From positions 3,596,001 through 3,660,000 of the forward strand of contig CATNEN010000003.1 in NCBI GenBank assembly GCA_950097015.1: a DNA stretch of 64,000 nucleotides. The letters run 5' to 3'. The translations under genes were made by a program, and so were the position numbers. Positions 11,490 through 23,049 of the stretch are shown piece by piece (position 1 is the stretch's first letter; each line of letters starts with the position of its first letter). The stretch comes from Macrostomum hystrix. Lineage: Eukaryota; Animalia; Platyhelminthes. The notes beneath the pieces are model-generated. The model had not been told where the DNA came from. It worked only from the letters and a program-made list of their open reading frames with translations, and ran no database searches.

Positions 11490-13410
11490 ACTGGGTTAGC
11501 CAAGATTCAAACTCAGGTTTCGCCATGTTTTAAACCCTGCTGGGCTATGATTCAAACTCTCGTTTTACCATGATTCAGACTCTGGTTGACTATGATTCAA
11601 ACCGTGGTTTGGCCATGATTCAAACTCTGGTTTAGCCATGATTCAAACGCTGTTTTTGCAATGATTCAAACTCTGGTTTAGCCATGATTCAGACTCTAGT
11701 TTAGCCATGATTCAGACTCTAGTTTAGCCATGATTCAAACTCTGGTTTAGCCATGATTCAAACTCTGGTTTAGCCATGATTTAAGCTCTGGTTTAGCCAT
11801 GATTCAAGCTCTGGTTTAGCCATGATTCTAACGCTGGTTTAGCCATGATTCTAACGCTGGTTTAGCCATGATTCAAACTCTGGTTTAGCCATGATTTAAG
11901 CTCTGGTTTAGCCATGATTCAAGCTCTGGTTTAGCCATGATTCAAACTCTGGTTTAGCCATGATTCAAACTCTGGTTTAGCCATGATTCTAACGCTGGTT
12001 TAGCCATGATTGAAACTCTGGTTAGCCATGATTCAAACTCTGGTTTAGCCATGATTCAGACTCCGGTTGACTATGATTTAGACTCCGGTTGACTATGATT
12101 CAAACTCTGGTTTAGCCATGATTCAAGCTCTGGTTTAGCCATGATTCAAACTCTGGTTTAGCCATGATTTAAACTTTGGTTTAGCCATGATTCATACTCT
12201 GGTTTAGCCATGATTTAAGCTCTGGTTTAGCCATGATTCAAGCTCTGGTTTAGCCATGATTCAAGCTCTGGTTTAGCCATGATTCAAACTCTAGTTTAGC
12301 CATGATTCAAACTCTGGTTTAGCCATGATTCAAACTCTGGTTTAGCCATGATTCAAACTCTGGTTTAGCCATGATTCTAACGCTGGTTTAGCCATGATTC
12401 TAACGCTGGTTTAGCCATGATTCAAACTCTGGTTTAGCCATGATTCAAGCTCTGGTTTAGCCATGATTCAAGCTCTGGTTTAGCCATGATTCAAACTCTG
12501 GTTTAGCCATGATTCAAACTCTGGTTAGCTATGATTCAAACTCTGGTTTAGCAATGATTCAAACTCTGGTTTAGCCATGATTCAGACTCTGGTTTAACCA
12601 TGATTCAAACTCTGGTTTGCCATGATTCAAGCTCTGGTTTAGCCATGATTCAAACTCTAGTTTAGCCATGATTTAAACTCTGGTTTAGCCATGATTCAAA
12701 CGCTGGTTTTGCCATGATTCAAACTCTGGTTTAGCCATGATTCAAACTCTGGTTTAGCCATGATCCAAACTCTGGTTTAGCCATGATTCAGACTGTGGTT
12801 TAGCCATGATTCAAACTCTGGTTTAGCCATGATTCAAACTCTGGTTTAGCCATGATTCAAACTCTGGTTTAGCCATGATTCAAACTCTGGTTTAGCCACG
12901 ATTCAAACTCTGGTTTAGCCATGATTCAAACTCTTGTTTAGCCATGATTCAAACTCTGCATTAGCCATGATTCAAACTCTGGTTTAGCCATGATTCAAAC
13001 TCCGGTTTAGCCATGATTCAAGCTCTGGTTTAGCTTGAACTCTGGCTGGCTATGATTCAAGCCATAGTTTAGCCATGATTCAAACTCTGGTTTAGCCATG
13101 ATTCAAACTCTGGTTTAGCCATGATTCAAACTCTGGTTTAGCCATGATTCAAACTCTGGTTTAGCCATGATTCAAACTCTGGTTTAGCCATGATTCAAAC
13201 TCTGGTTTAGCCATGATTCAAACTCTGGTTTAGCCATGATTCAAACTCCGGCTTAGCCATGATTCAAGCTCTGGTTTAGCTTGAACTCTGGCTGGCTATG
13301 ATTCAAGCCATAGTTTAGCCATGATTCAAACGCTGGTTTAGCCATGATTCAAACTCTTGTTTAGCCATGATTCAAACTCTGCTTTTGCCATGATTTAAAC
13401 TCTGGTTTGC
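11490..13410. repeat. 21-bp minisatellite (atgattcaaactctggtttagcc-type unit) inside Helitron
   Basis: Long tandem array with a local higher-order duplication (variant block gcttgaactctggctggctatg at ~13033 and ~13279); unit length approximate. Confidence 0.9.
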
Positions 13411-14178
13411 TTTGAAAGATGATATTTTATTTACGAAATGAAAAAAATAAATTTAAATAATCTTCAGTCACTACTGGCTGAAAATTAGTCTAAATTATTT
13501 GACGCAGTGCAGAATCGAACCCTAGCCTAGCCTAAACTATTCCTAGTGCCTACACATCGGCTATCGGCTATTCCGACTGTTGGTTAGTGGGTGCAAAAAT
13601 CAGCCTTATAAAATGAATTCTTAAAGTTCTGGCTTTGTACAATGAAGTAAGAAAATAGAGTACACTCAGTCTCGCGGTTTGTTGTGTACATTTATTTCCA
13701 ATTTGTCTCCAGAGTGCAGGCTTTTAACTCAGTCAGCTAGTGGGTGTTGTGCAAGTTGATGATGCAATTCTAACTCAGTGGCAGTCAGTGAATGAAATTC
13801 TCAATAGGCCAAGATAGTTTGACCTTTGAAATGGTCAAAAAACATGTTTTTCGAATATTTAATCCCCTTAGCAATAAAGTTAAGCTTAATAAAAATACGT
13901 GTATAATTGTCCCCATATTTAGCATCTTTTGGTGAAGAAATGGTGAAAATCGGTTGAGCCGTTCGGGAGAAAATCAATTACAAGCAACCAACCAAGCATT
14001 TCATTTTTAGTATATTAGATGTATCATCAACCAAACAGTGTATCATCAAAACCGAACAAGAATTTTGACTCCTTCCTTGGTCTCATGCAAGACAGAAACA
14101 AGCTATTGTGTTTCACAGAACAACTAATTTGAAAGTTAAAGAAATTATCTACAAGCTAAGGCATGATGTGCAATGAAG

Positions 14179-14655
14179 GGTCCCAGGTCATTTCGGTGAC
14201 AAGACATTTCGGTGATAGTCATTTCGGTGACACAATTGGTCAGATTGGTGACAACTATTTTTGCACCTAAATATGCTAAAAAACAGCCTTGCATTTTAAC
14301 TATGCACACATAAAATATTATTTAAATAATGCTAAAAGTATTAATAGGAAGCTGCATCGCTATGTTAAAGTCTGGGTTTTAGTTTTACTTAAAATGAGCT
14401 AAATTATTAAATTATTTAATGAGTAGTCAATAGTTTCAATAGTTATTCATTCCTAATTAAATGTGTATAATAATCATTTTTCAAGTTTTGGATTGACAAG
14501 GCGAGGCGAGTGCAGGCTTTAAGCAGCTGCTGGATCGTGGAAGGCTAAATATTCTTAGCATATTTAGGTGCAAAAATAGTTGTCACCAAACTGACCAATT
14601 CTGTCACCGAAATGACTGTCACCGAAATGTCTTGTCACCGAAATGACCTGGGACC
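14179..14655. mobile_element. MITE with ~100-bp TIRs
   Basis: TIR GGTCCCAGGTCATTTCGGTGACAAGAC...; 8-bp TSD CAATGAAG (14171-14178, 14656-14663). Confidence 0.93.
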
Positions 14656-15374
14656 CAATGAAGCATTAAGAGGAAAGAAAGATATTGATGTTTCAGTAGA
14701 AATTTTTATTGCAAAAGCATACTTTTTAACAACATTTTTTCAGTATGTACTTTAGACAAAGATTGTATATGGTTGCTTGCCAATTAAATGACCATAAATG
14801 TAGTTATTCATAGAGCATGAAAAATGCTTTCAAATGACATAATTCATGATAGTTCACTCCTTAAAATAAGATTAAACCAGTCACTCAAATTGTAAAACCA
14901 AACATCAAATTCTCTGTTTGGTTTAAAGATACATGAAAATCATTGTTCGGTTTTAGATAAAAAGCAGGAATAGGCCTAACTTTGTTTTTATTTGATAAAA
15001 TAGCAAAAGCAGATACTTTTTAGAAAGATGTAACTGCTTTCTATAACTTGGCTTTTGATTTATCATCATATCTTAAATAGAAAATCTGTAGCTTAGGTTT
15101 GAAGTTAAAAAAATACACATTCTTGTTTGGTTGATGATACATTACCCTATATATAAATAAACAAATCATATTAAAACTAAAGGTTTCACTGAATAACTGA
15201 ACAGCTAAATTACATACATGATAGGAATATAATATTCAATTAAGAGATAACTTAGCTTTAGGCTAGGTTTTAAGTAATTCCTAATACATAATTTGATAGC
15301 AAAGCAACAAATAGGCTTAGGCCCTAATAGTTGTAGCTTGTTTCTATACAGCTAGCTACATACCTAACTCTCTC

Positions 15375-15597
15375 CCCTATTGAAAAAGATAAAAATCTGT
15401 GGATGGCATCCAGAGCGCTTTTTGGATTTTTTTAAAGCGCAGCGCCTGCAAATGAACTTTTCCTTCCTAACTGCTAGGCCTACTCAAAAAGACTTAAGCA
15501 GCCAGCAGAAAGAGGCATGGCTAAAGCGCACCTTTCTCAATCTGGTCTTTATTCTAAAGCGCGCGTCCACGGATTTTCAACATTTATTCCAATAGGG
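15375..15597. mobile_element. Probable small MITE
   Basis: CCCTATTGAA...TTCCAATAGGG termini, internal gtgga/tccac symmetry, flanked by ctctctc on both sides. Confidence 0.5.
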
Positions 15598-17106
15598 CTC
15601 TCTCTAAATAAACTACAACAGGGGAACAAGGCATGATTTACAAAAACGACCTAAGACAGAATTAAACATTTATCAGCTAGTTAGGCTATCAATCATTGAT
15701 GGTGCTGAGGGGTGCAGGTGGAACAAGAACAATGTTGCACAACTGGCTGAGGCTAATGAACAACATGCCTAGTCCATATAGTAGGTGAAATGAGGATGGA
15801 CTAAATTGGCAAAAACTAGGCCAAATTCTTGTGCTAGAAAGTGTCAGGTACACAGAGTTAGTCACTGAAGTTCTTAGAGTAAAGCATGGTGGACAATGCG
15901 TAAGTAAGCGTAATATATAGAATGAATGTTTTATTTATATGCTAATTATTTAATAGAGAAAATCATTTTGCTACAGTTGCTCTTTTAAATATTTTAAACA
16001 TTAAACATTTTTGCTGCATAGAATTTAACACTTAATTTGTTTTTTCTATTTGTTTAATTTAAATGTATTCCTTTTTTCTTCACAACTTTTTATCGACGAC
16101 GCCGAATTATGTGTCGGCCTAATTTGTTCTCTGCAAACTAGGTTTTTACTTTTATCTAAGGCATATTTGACATACTTGACGTAAAATTTGAAACCTTATT
16201 TAAAGAACTCATTTCTTGTATGCAAAACCTGGTCTTTTGCAATTTATTTTACTTGTCTACAAGTTTAACTAATATTTAACAATTTCCTTTTTAACAATTT
16301 AACAATATCCCATTTAACAATTTAACTAATAACAGCATTCATGTTAAAGACGCAGCATGCAAGTGCCTATCTGTCTAGTCTTTCATGCTGATAGTGGGCC
16401 TTATTGCCATGAAATTGCCATACAATTCAGTAGCCTGTCTAGTGTCTTGTCTTTATTGCCAATAAATAAGTGGGCCTTAGGCCCCTATTATTGTGTTTAG
16501 CTTTTGCCTTTTACCACACACTAGGCCCTATTCTGCATACAGTGCTATATAGTATTATTGTACAATAATTCTGCACACTATTCTGCTTGTTAAGTATAAG
16601 GACTATAGGCCAATGAAGATGAGCTACATTTGTAAATGTTGTAGTGTACTTGTACACTATTTGTAAGTGTTTTTCCAAAATTAAATCTAGTATTTTCCTT
16701 CACTAGGCCAGCTGCCAATTTTCCACAAGCTATTTGGCACACTATTCTATATGCTATTCCAAATCTACATGAGTAGGCCTATGCATGTACAGAGGTCTGT
16801 ATGGAGGTAGAAATATGACTGGCAGCTATGGATTAGGATATAAGTAAGAATTACAGATTTATAATAGGACTAGCTTTTTTTGCCCGTTGTTTTTGGGGCA
16901 GAAATTTAAAGCAAAGCAGTAAGCAATTCACGTCTCTGTATTAACTTTATAGTGAAGGTCACCATTTATTTATTTACTGCATTAATGAAAAGTGAAGAGT
17001 TTGTTTAAGGACGTTTTAAGTAAAAAATAAGTGAAAAGTTTGTCCAAACAGCCCCCTCTTGATTACTTCTTTAGAAACATGTCTCTTAGCCACTCCTCTA
17101 TACAGT

Positions 17107-17380
17107 CAGTGGCAGATCCAGGAATTTTGTTTTGGGGCGGTCTGTCAGGGGAGCGCCATGAGAATCACAGAGGGGGTGCCAGCGGCCGAAAAAGGGCGCC
17201 AGGAGCCAAGAAAGGGCGCCAGCGGCTGAAAAACGGGAGCCAGCGGCTGAAAAAGGGGCGCCAGCGGCCGAAAAGGGGCGCCAGTGCTGCGACTGGCGCC
17301 CCTGGTGGGGGCATCTTATTCCCATGATTAAAATTTAGGGGGGGCGACTGCCCCCCCGCCCCCCCCTAAATCTGTCTCTG
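17107..17380. mobile_element. hAT-like MITE nested in Helitron
   Basis: Imperfect TIR CAGTGGCAGATCCAGG / CCTAAATCTGTCTCTG; 8-bp TSD TATACAGT. Confidence 0.85.
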
Positions 17381-17532
17381 TATACAGTATGCATGTACAC
17401 GCGTATACATAAGGAAAATAGCCATGGCATAACAATAACAATGTCAAAGAAACAAAACTAAACTGTTTCAGAGTTCAGAGTTAGACAGGTCAAGGTCAAT
17501 TCGTGACTACTTTTCTATTAATTGCTTGCGAG

Positions 17533-18495
17533 TCACCTCAAGGCCTGGGGATACACCACATTCTTCGTTCTTCCCCTTGGTGCGAAAATGAATAGGCCAG
17601 CTGGAGTTCCAACACGGGAGCAGGCGACATAAAGCTGCCCATGCGAGAAGCAAGGAGTCTCCAGGTTGATGCCAGCCACCTTCAGCGACTGTCCCTGAGC
17701 CTTGTTAATAGTCATCGCAAAGCACACTCTCACAGGGAACTGCAGTCGCTTGAACTGAAATGGCAGGTCCGTGGGGATAATTGGAATCCGGGGAACGAAC
17801 ACAGACTCTCCTCTGCCAGATCCAGTCATTATCGTGGCCTCAATCACGTGTGGGAAGAGCCGCCTGACTATCAGTCTGGTGCCGTTACACAGCCTTGGCG
17901 CATTCAGGTTGCGGAGGAGCATAATTGGTGCCCCAACTTTCAGCTGCAAGTTGTGCGATGGAGTTCCAGGAGGATCTAGAGAGTTCAGAAACTCAACAGG
18001 ATACTCCACAGCGGTGTCATCAGTCAACGTTGTATCAATTGACTTGTAGGTGAAAACTGCACCTGGCAACTCCTGAAGCAGTTGGTAGTTAATTTCGTTG
18101 GCGGCATCATTTCTAGGACACAGAATTGCCCTCTCTGACAGCCAGTCAACGTCAGCATATCGAACCATCAGGTTCGGGTAAACTTTTGCCTTGAGCTCCT
18201 GCACTGACTGCACAATGGTTCCGATTGTAGCGATCGATGACTGCCCATCCTCGGTGCTAATCTCCAGCAGACCATTGCCGATTCGCAATAGATTGGCAGA
18301 GAACTCATGAGTTGTTTCGTCTCCTTGAATTGTAGCTCTCATGTTTGTTCGTAGGTGCAACTTCACAACCGATGGCCACAGGTGAGATGATTATAGGCAA
18401 GCATTAATCTCATCAGCAGGAGTGCCACGCGGAATCACAGGCAGCGTCTGTCTAAAGTCTCCAGACAGCAGCAGAGTGACACCACCCATCAGTTG
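17533..18495 (-). pseudogene. Helitron RepHel PIF1-family helicase C-terminal fragment with in-frame premature stop
   Basis: LLSGDFRQTLPV, RLCNGTRL, QFPVRVCFAMTINKAQGQSL, FSHGQLYVACSRV; TAA at 18393-18391 between two in-frame ORFs; Rep domain and Walker A absent. Confidence 0.93.
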
Positions 18496-19936
18496 ATCGC
18501 CAGCCTCTCTCTTTCTTCTATCCCAGGCTGGCTGGAGAGAAATATCGACCGGAGAGCCCTGCACACTGGGACGCCACCGCACTCACCACACTCAGTCTCA
18601 GTGCTGCTTGGGGGCCAGTAGACAGTCTAGGGGTTTGGGCTGTGTACATTCACGGCTTGAAATACAATGTACAGTCTGGGGCTTCGGCACCCGGGGAAGG
18701 GAGGGGGTGGCTGTAATAAAATTTGGCCCGCAGAGTGGCGGAGGGGAGTTGGGGTGGCTGTCCTCGGAAAACAAAAAGTGACTCACTTTGAGATGATGCA
18801 GCTTTGCTCTGGATTGAGTAGAGATGTTCAAAATTGACAGCATTGTTGGAAAACATGTAAAGTGTAAGTGGATCAAATTTGGAGAAAATCTGACAAAGTG
18901 GGGCGACGATATGTCGAATTGAGTGATTTTTTGACGATTTTTGAGCAGTTTTTTGCACTTTTGAGCAGGAAGGAAATGATTTTTCGGGAATTTGAGTAGC
19001 CTATTGCACTCAGCGTAGGTGGTTTTAGGTATGTGCAAAGTTTGGTGCGATTTGGTTGAGCGGTTTCGGCGTCTATAAAGACAAAAGGTTGCACACAGAC
19101 AGACAGACAGACAGACAGAGTTTTCACTTTTATATATATAGATGGGATAGACTAGGATGTGAAATAGGAAATGAAAAAGAATTTGATATTTCTTATGCAT
19201 AATTTTTTAGAAAAATGCAAAATGTATACCTATCAAAATTGCATGAAGTAATCTGCAAATTGTGAAGTGAATTAAAGGAAAAGGTAAAAGTTAAAAGGCA
19301 GATATAGAAATTGAAAAGAATTCAGTGCTTAAAGCCAAGAAAAAATGCATAGAATGGTTTCAAGGCATTGTTTAAAAAATCAAAGAAACAAAATTATATA
19401 GGCCCCTTGTGTAATAGTTTGCAACAATCTGAAAAATGTTTTTCAGAACTTTTTACAACATTTCTTTGCTGGAATTCATTTGACCCCTGCTTGAAAAGGT
19501 TAAGGATAGAGAAAAAAAGAAGAAAGAGCAGGGAAAATGAAGAGAAGAAAAAAAGAATTAAAGTTTAAAGAAACTTGTAGGACAATAAATAGGTTCTGCT
19601 AAAGCAAGTTCGTTAGTTTTAAAAAAATAAAAGTAAAGAATAATTTTTTAATTGACAGTGCCAGTGGTATTACTTTACAATTTGTTCCTTTTAAAGTTAA
19701 TTTTTTAGACTGTTGTCATAAACCATAATGACTATATGACGCTATGAAACCATAGAAAGCATTGTGTCATTTATATTGGTTTAGTAAAAAATAGTTCTTT
19801 TTATATTTTATAGCACTTAAACTTAAGAGTAATATATGCTTTTTGGTGAATCTTGCAATATTTAGTCTAGTAATTTACTTATCTTTGTGCAGTTTATTTT
19901 TGTTAATTACTATGTTTATTGGCCTTAAATTATAGC

Positions 19937-20178
19937 CATACATGTGCAACACCCGGCCGAACCAGCCGGATGAAACAAGGGCCAAGCAAGGTAAGTCGCA
20001 AAAACCAATCAACCAAGCGCAAAAAAATCAAAGGGGGTACCAAGGGACAACAAAGGAAGGCGTGAAGAAAAGGAAAAAGGGGAGAGAAAAAGAGAGCAAA
20101 TGAGAGCAAACTAAGTCATAAATAGAGCAAAAACTAAGTTGCACGGCCGGCTAAGATTTGGGATGTTGCGCATGTATG
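19937..20178. mobile_element. hAT-like MITE family 1, copy 2
   Basis: Same TIR and body as 8381-8657; 8-bp TSD ATTATAGC. Confidence 0.92.
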
Positions 20179-20673
20179 ATTATAGCTATAACCTTCAGCT
20201 AGAGGTAGCTAATTAAAAATTTAATTATGTTCCATGCAGAGAACAAAAATGCCACTTGTCTCATTGTTATGCTAAGTGTACAAAAATGTAACTATTTAGC
20301 TATATGCCTGAAATTTCCAGATTAGTGTATGTGATCTTAACTGTGGCTAAAGTTGAATTGTGAGAAGTTACCTACATGATTGATTTAGTGATTTAATGAA
20401 CTTAGTGATTCCCACAAAAATTTCAGTCATGGCAGACAGTGCTATTGTTTTGACAACTGTGGTTGCGGTTGCTGGTGCCCAATAGTCAGAACTCAAGAAT
20501 ATGACTAGATACACAGGTCTATGACTCATTCTACACCATTTGATTTTCAAGATTAAGACACGTCCTTATTCGAAATTTGATATTCTTACTCTTTTTACAC
20601 TACTATATATAGGTGAAATATTTAAACAGTCAAAACTACACATTTCAGCCATAAAGGCTAGCCAAGCAACTAG

Positions 20674-21099
<426 letters not shown>

Positions 21100-21469
21100 A
21101 GCTTTTATTATCGACGAGACGAATTGATGAGACTGACGTTTGCTGGTTGTTTTTGCCTGCGTTCCGAGCTGATAAATAACAACATAAAATAATATGGACG
21201 GCTTGCAATCAAATGTTCTGAAACTGTGTTTGAATGCATATCCGATTTGATAGGATTAAATCTTTGGAAGAAAATGTCTGATTAAATTTTAGTTCATGTT
21301 CTGTTTTTACTTTTTTGCCTGGCAACGGACAAAAGACGCTGTCAATGAAACGGAAATAAGTGGACAACCTTCCAATGAGGTTCTTAGTTAAGGATTGACA
21401 AGTCGGTTGCTAGGATACAAGCTTTTTCCTGGAATGTCCTGGAATTAGAAGAAAAAACAGTAGCATATT

Positions 21470-21792
21470 TAGAGAGTGGGAAGTGGATTTAGAGAGTGGG
21501 AAGTGGATTTAGAGAGTGGGAAGTGGATTTAGAGAGAGGGAAGTGGATTTAAGGAGTGGGAAGTGGATTAAGAGAGTGGGAAGTGGATTCAGAGAGTTGG
21601 AGTGGATTAAGAGAGTTGGAAGTGGATTAAGAGAGTTGGGAGTGCATTAAGAGAGTTGGGAGTGGATTAAGAGAGTTGGGAGTAGATTAAGAGAGTTGGG
21701 AGTGGATTAAGAGAGTTGGAGGTGGATTTAGAGGGTGGGAAGTGGATTTAGAGGGTGGGAAGTGCATTTAGAGAGTCGAATGTGGATTTAGG
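21470..21792. repeat. 20-bp purine-rich minisatellite (agagagtgggaagtggattt)n
   Basis: Tandem periodicity 20. Confidence 0.93.
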
Positions 21793-22349
21793 AAGAGGAA
21801 GGTCGATTGGGAGTGGAAAATAGCAAACGGTTTTAAAGTACGCCAAGTGCAGATGTAATTCTATTGACGGTTTCATAGAAATCTAAAATACCAAACAGAT
21901 AAGACAGCTTTTGCGAAAGCAAAAATGCTCGTGAAATAGAAATAGAAAAAAAATTAACAAATTCGATCTGATCGATTGTTGATTTCCTGGCCGCCAAGAT
22001 TCGAACTTCAGATCTCCAGATGAGCGAATCACTTCTCTGGTTCGTTTTTGTCTATGGCCCTTGCCTATGTGAATAGTGCTTGCCTGAAGTAACTATGGCT
22101 CCAATAAATTTGGCTGTGTAATGTTCAGCGACAGCCAGCCTTGGCGAGTGAAGCAGGAGGTATTTCTCGCGGACTATATCCAGCTTCACCTACGGGTCCT
22201 CATCCGATTCGTGAGCCATGCTTTGTCTGCAAAATAAACCGACTGAGTTAACCGGCGCGTTGCTTTTAGAAGGAATAAATTTAAATCATATCTTAAATGA
22301 AAGGGGATAATTATGCAAAAACTCCCAACGTACAGCGAGACAGACATCA

Positions 22350-22530
22350 TTTGGTGACACTAGACCCGCAGCCAGCGAGGAGGCAATTCTGCCTATTTGG
22401 CTGACTCCTGAGCACAAGATGCTGTACCCATGCAGGCACACGCTCACACAGGTGTGTACATCTGCTCTGACATTCTCATCGTCAGGCAGTGTACACTCTC
22501 ACTGTGCCTTGGAGGTTGGCCTTCAAGGAC
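22350..22530 (-). mobile_element. SINE family A, 5'-truncated
   Basis: Reverse complement of ~3630-3812. Confidence 0.8.
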
Positions 22531-23049
22531 GGTGGCGAAGCTGTCTGTCTGTCTTCCTGTCTTATAGTTCTTCAGGTACTGCTTTCATTTCAGGCTAATG
22601 TGCACTTGAATAGTTTTAGCTTCGTAACCCTGTAGAAAGCTTTTAGTGAACAGATAATTCAATAATGGATGCATGGTGGTATTGTATGCAATGTTCTGTA
22701 TAATGTATACTGTGAATAATATAAGATTCAGAACACTTGCATAACTACACCAATCAGTTGTCTTTAAGCTGTATGCGGCAAATAATGCAGCAGTTCTTGC
22801 AGTGCAACTGAAGCATGTACATTTGGTGTGCTGCTAAACTAGGTATACCCTGCCTTCATTTTCCACACACCCGCTAGGATAGGGGGTAAGAAATTGTGTT
22901 TGTATTTCATTGTGGGCACTGAGTTCTTCTAGTGTTCTAACAAAACCGGATCGGACCAAACTGCGTGGAGCCTAAATATAAAAACTCAAACAGGAAATCT
23001 GTAACACACGGCAGTTAAGTTTTACCTATTCAATATTATACTGTTAGAC

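Larger units (their letters stand above)
10519..14019 (-). mobile_element. Non-autonomous Helitron carrying two minisatellite arrays
   Basis: Minus strand 5' A|TCTAATATACTAAAA, 3' hairpin (tgctccccgaaggggggca) then CTAG|T; A|T insertion confirmed by restored host TIR. Confidence 0.87.
10513..15147. mobile_element. TIR element whose left TIR is split by a Helitron and which also contains a second MITE
   Basis: Removing 10519-14019 rebuilds GGGTAA|TGTATCATCAACCAAACA, the reverse complement of TGTTTGGTTGATGATACATTACCC ending at 15147; TA on both flanks. Confidence 0.85.
16870..19142 (-). mobile_element. Internally deleted Helitron with PIF1-like helicase remnant
   Basis: 5' A|TCTATATATATAAAA followed by (tctg)n; 3' imperfect hairpin tgcccc...gggca then CTAG|T; helicase fragment inside. 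Confidence 0.88.

Noticed and set aside
15678-15900. Possible plus-strand exon bounded by AG and GTAAGT
   Set aside because: No sustained ORF or partner exons identified; cannot support without RNA data
17533-18366. Cellular PIF1 helicase gene
   Set aside because: Truncated, has a premature stop and lies within Helitron termini
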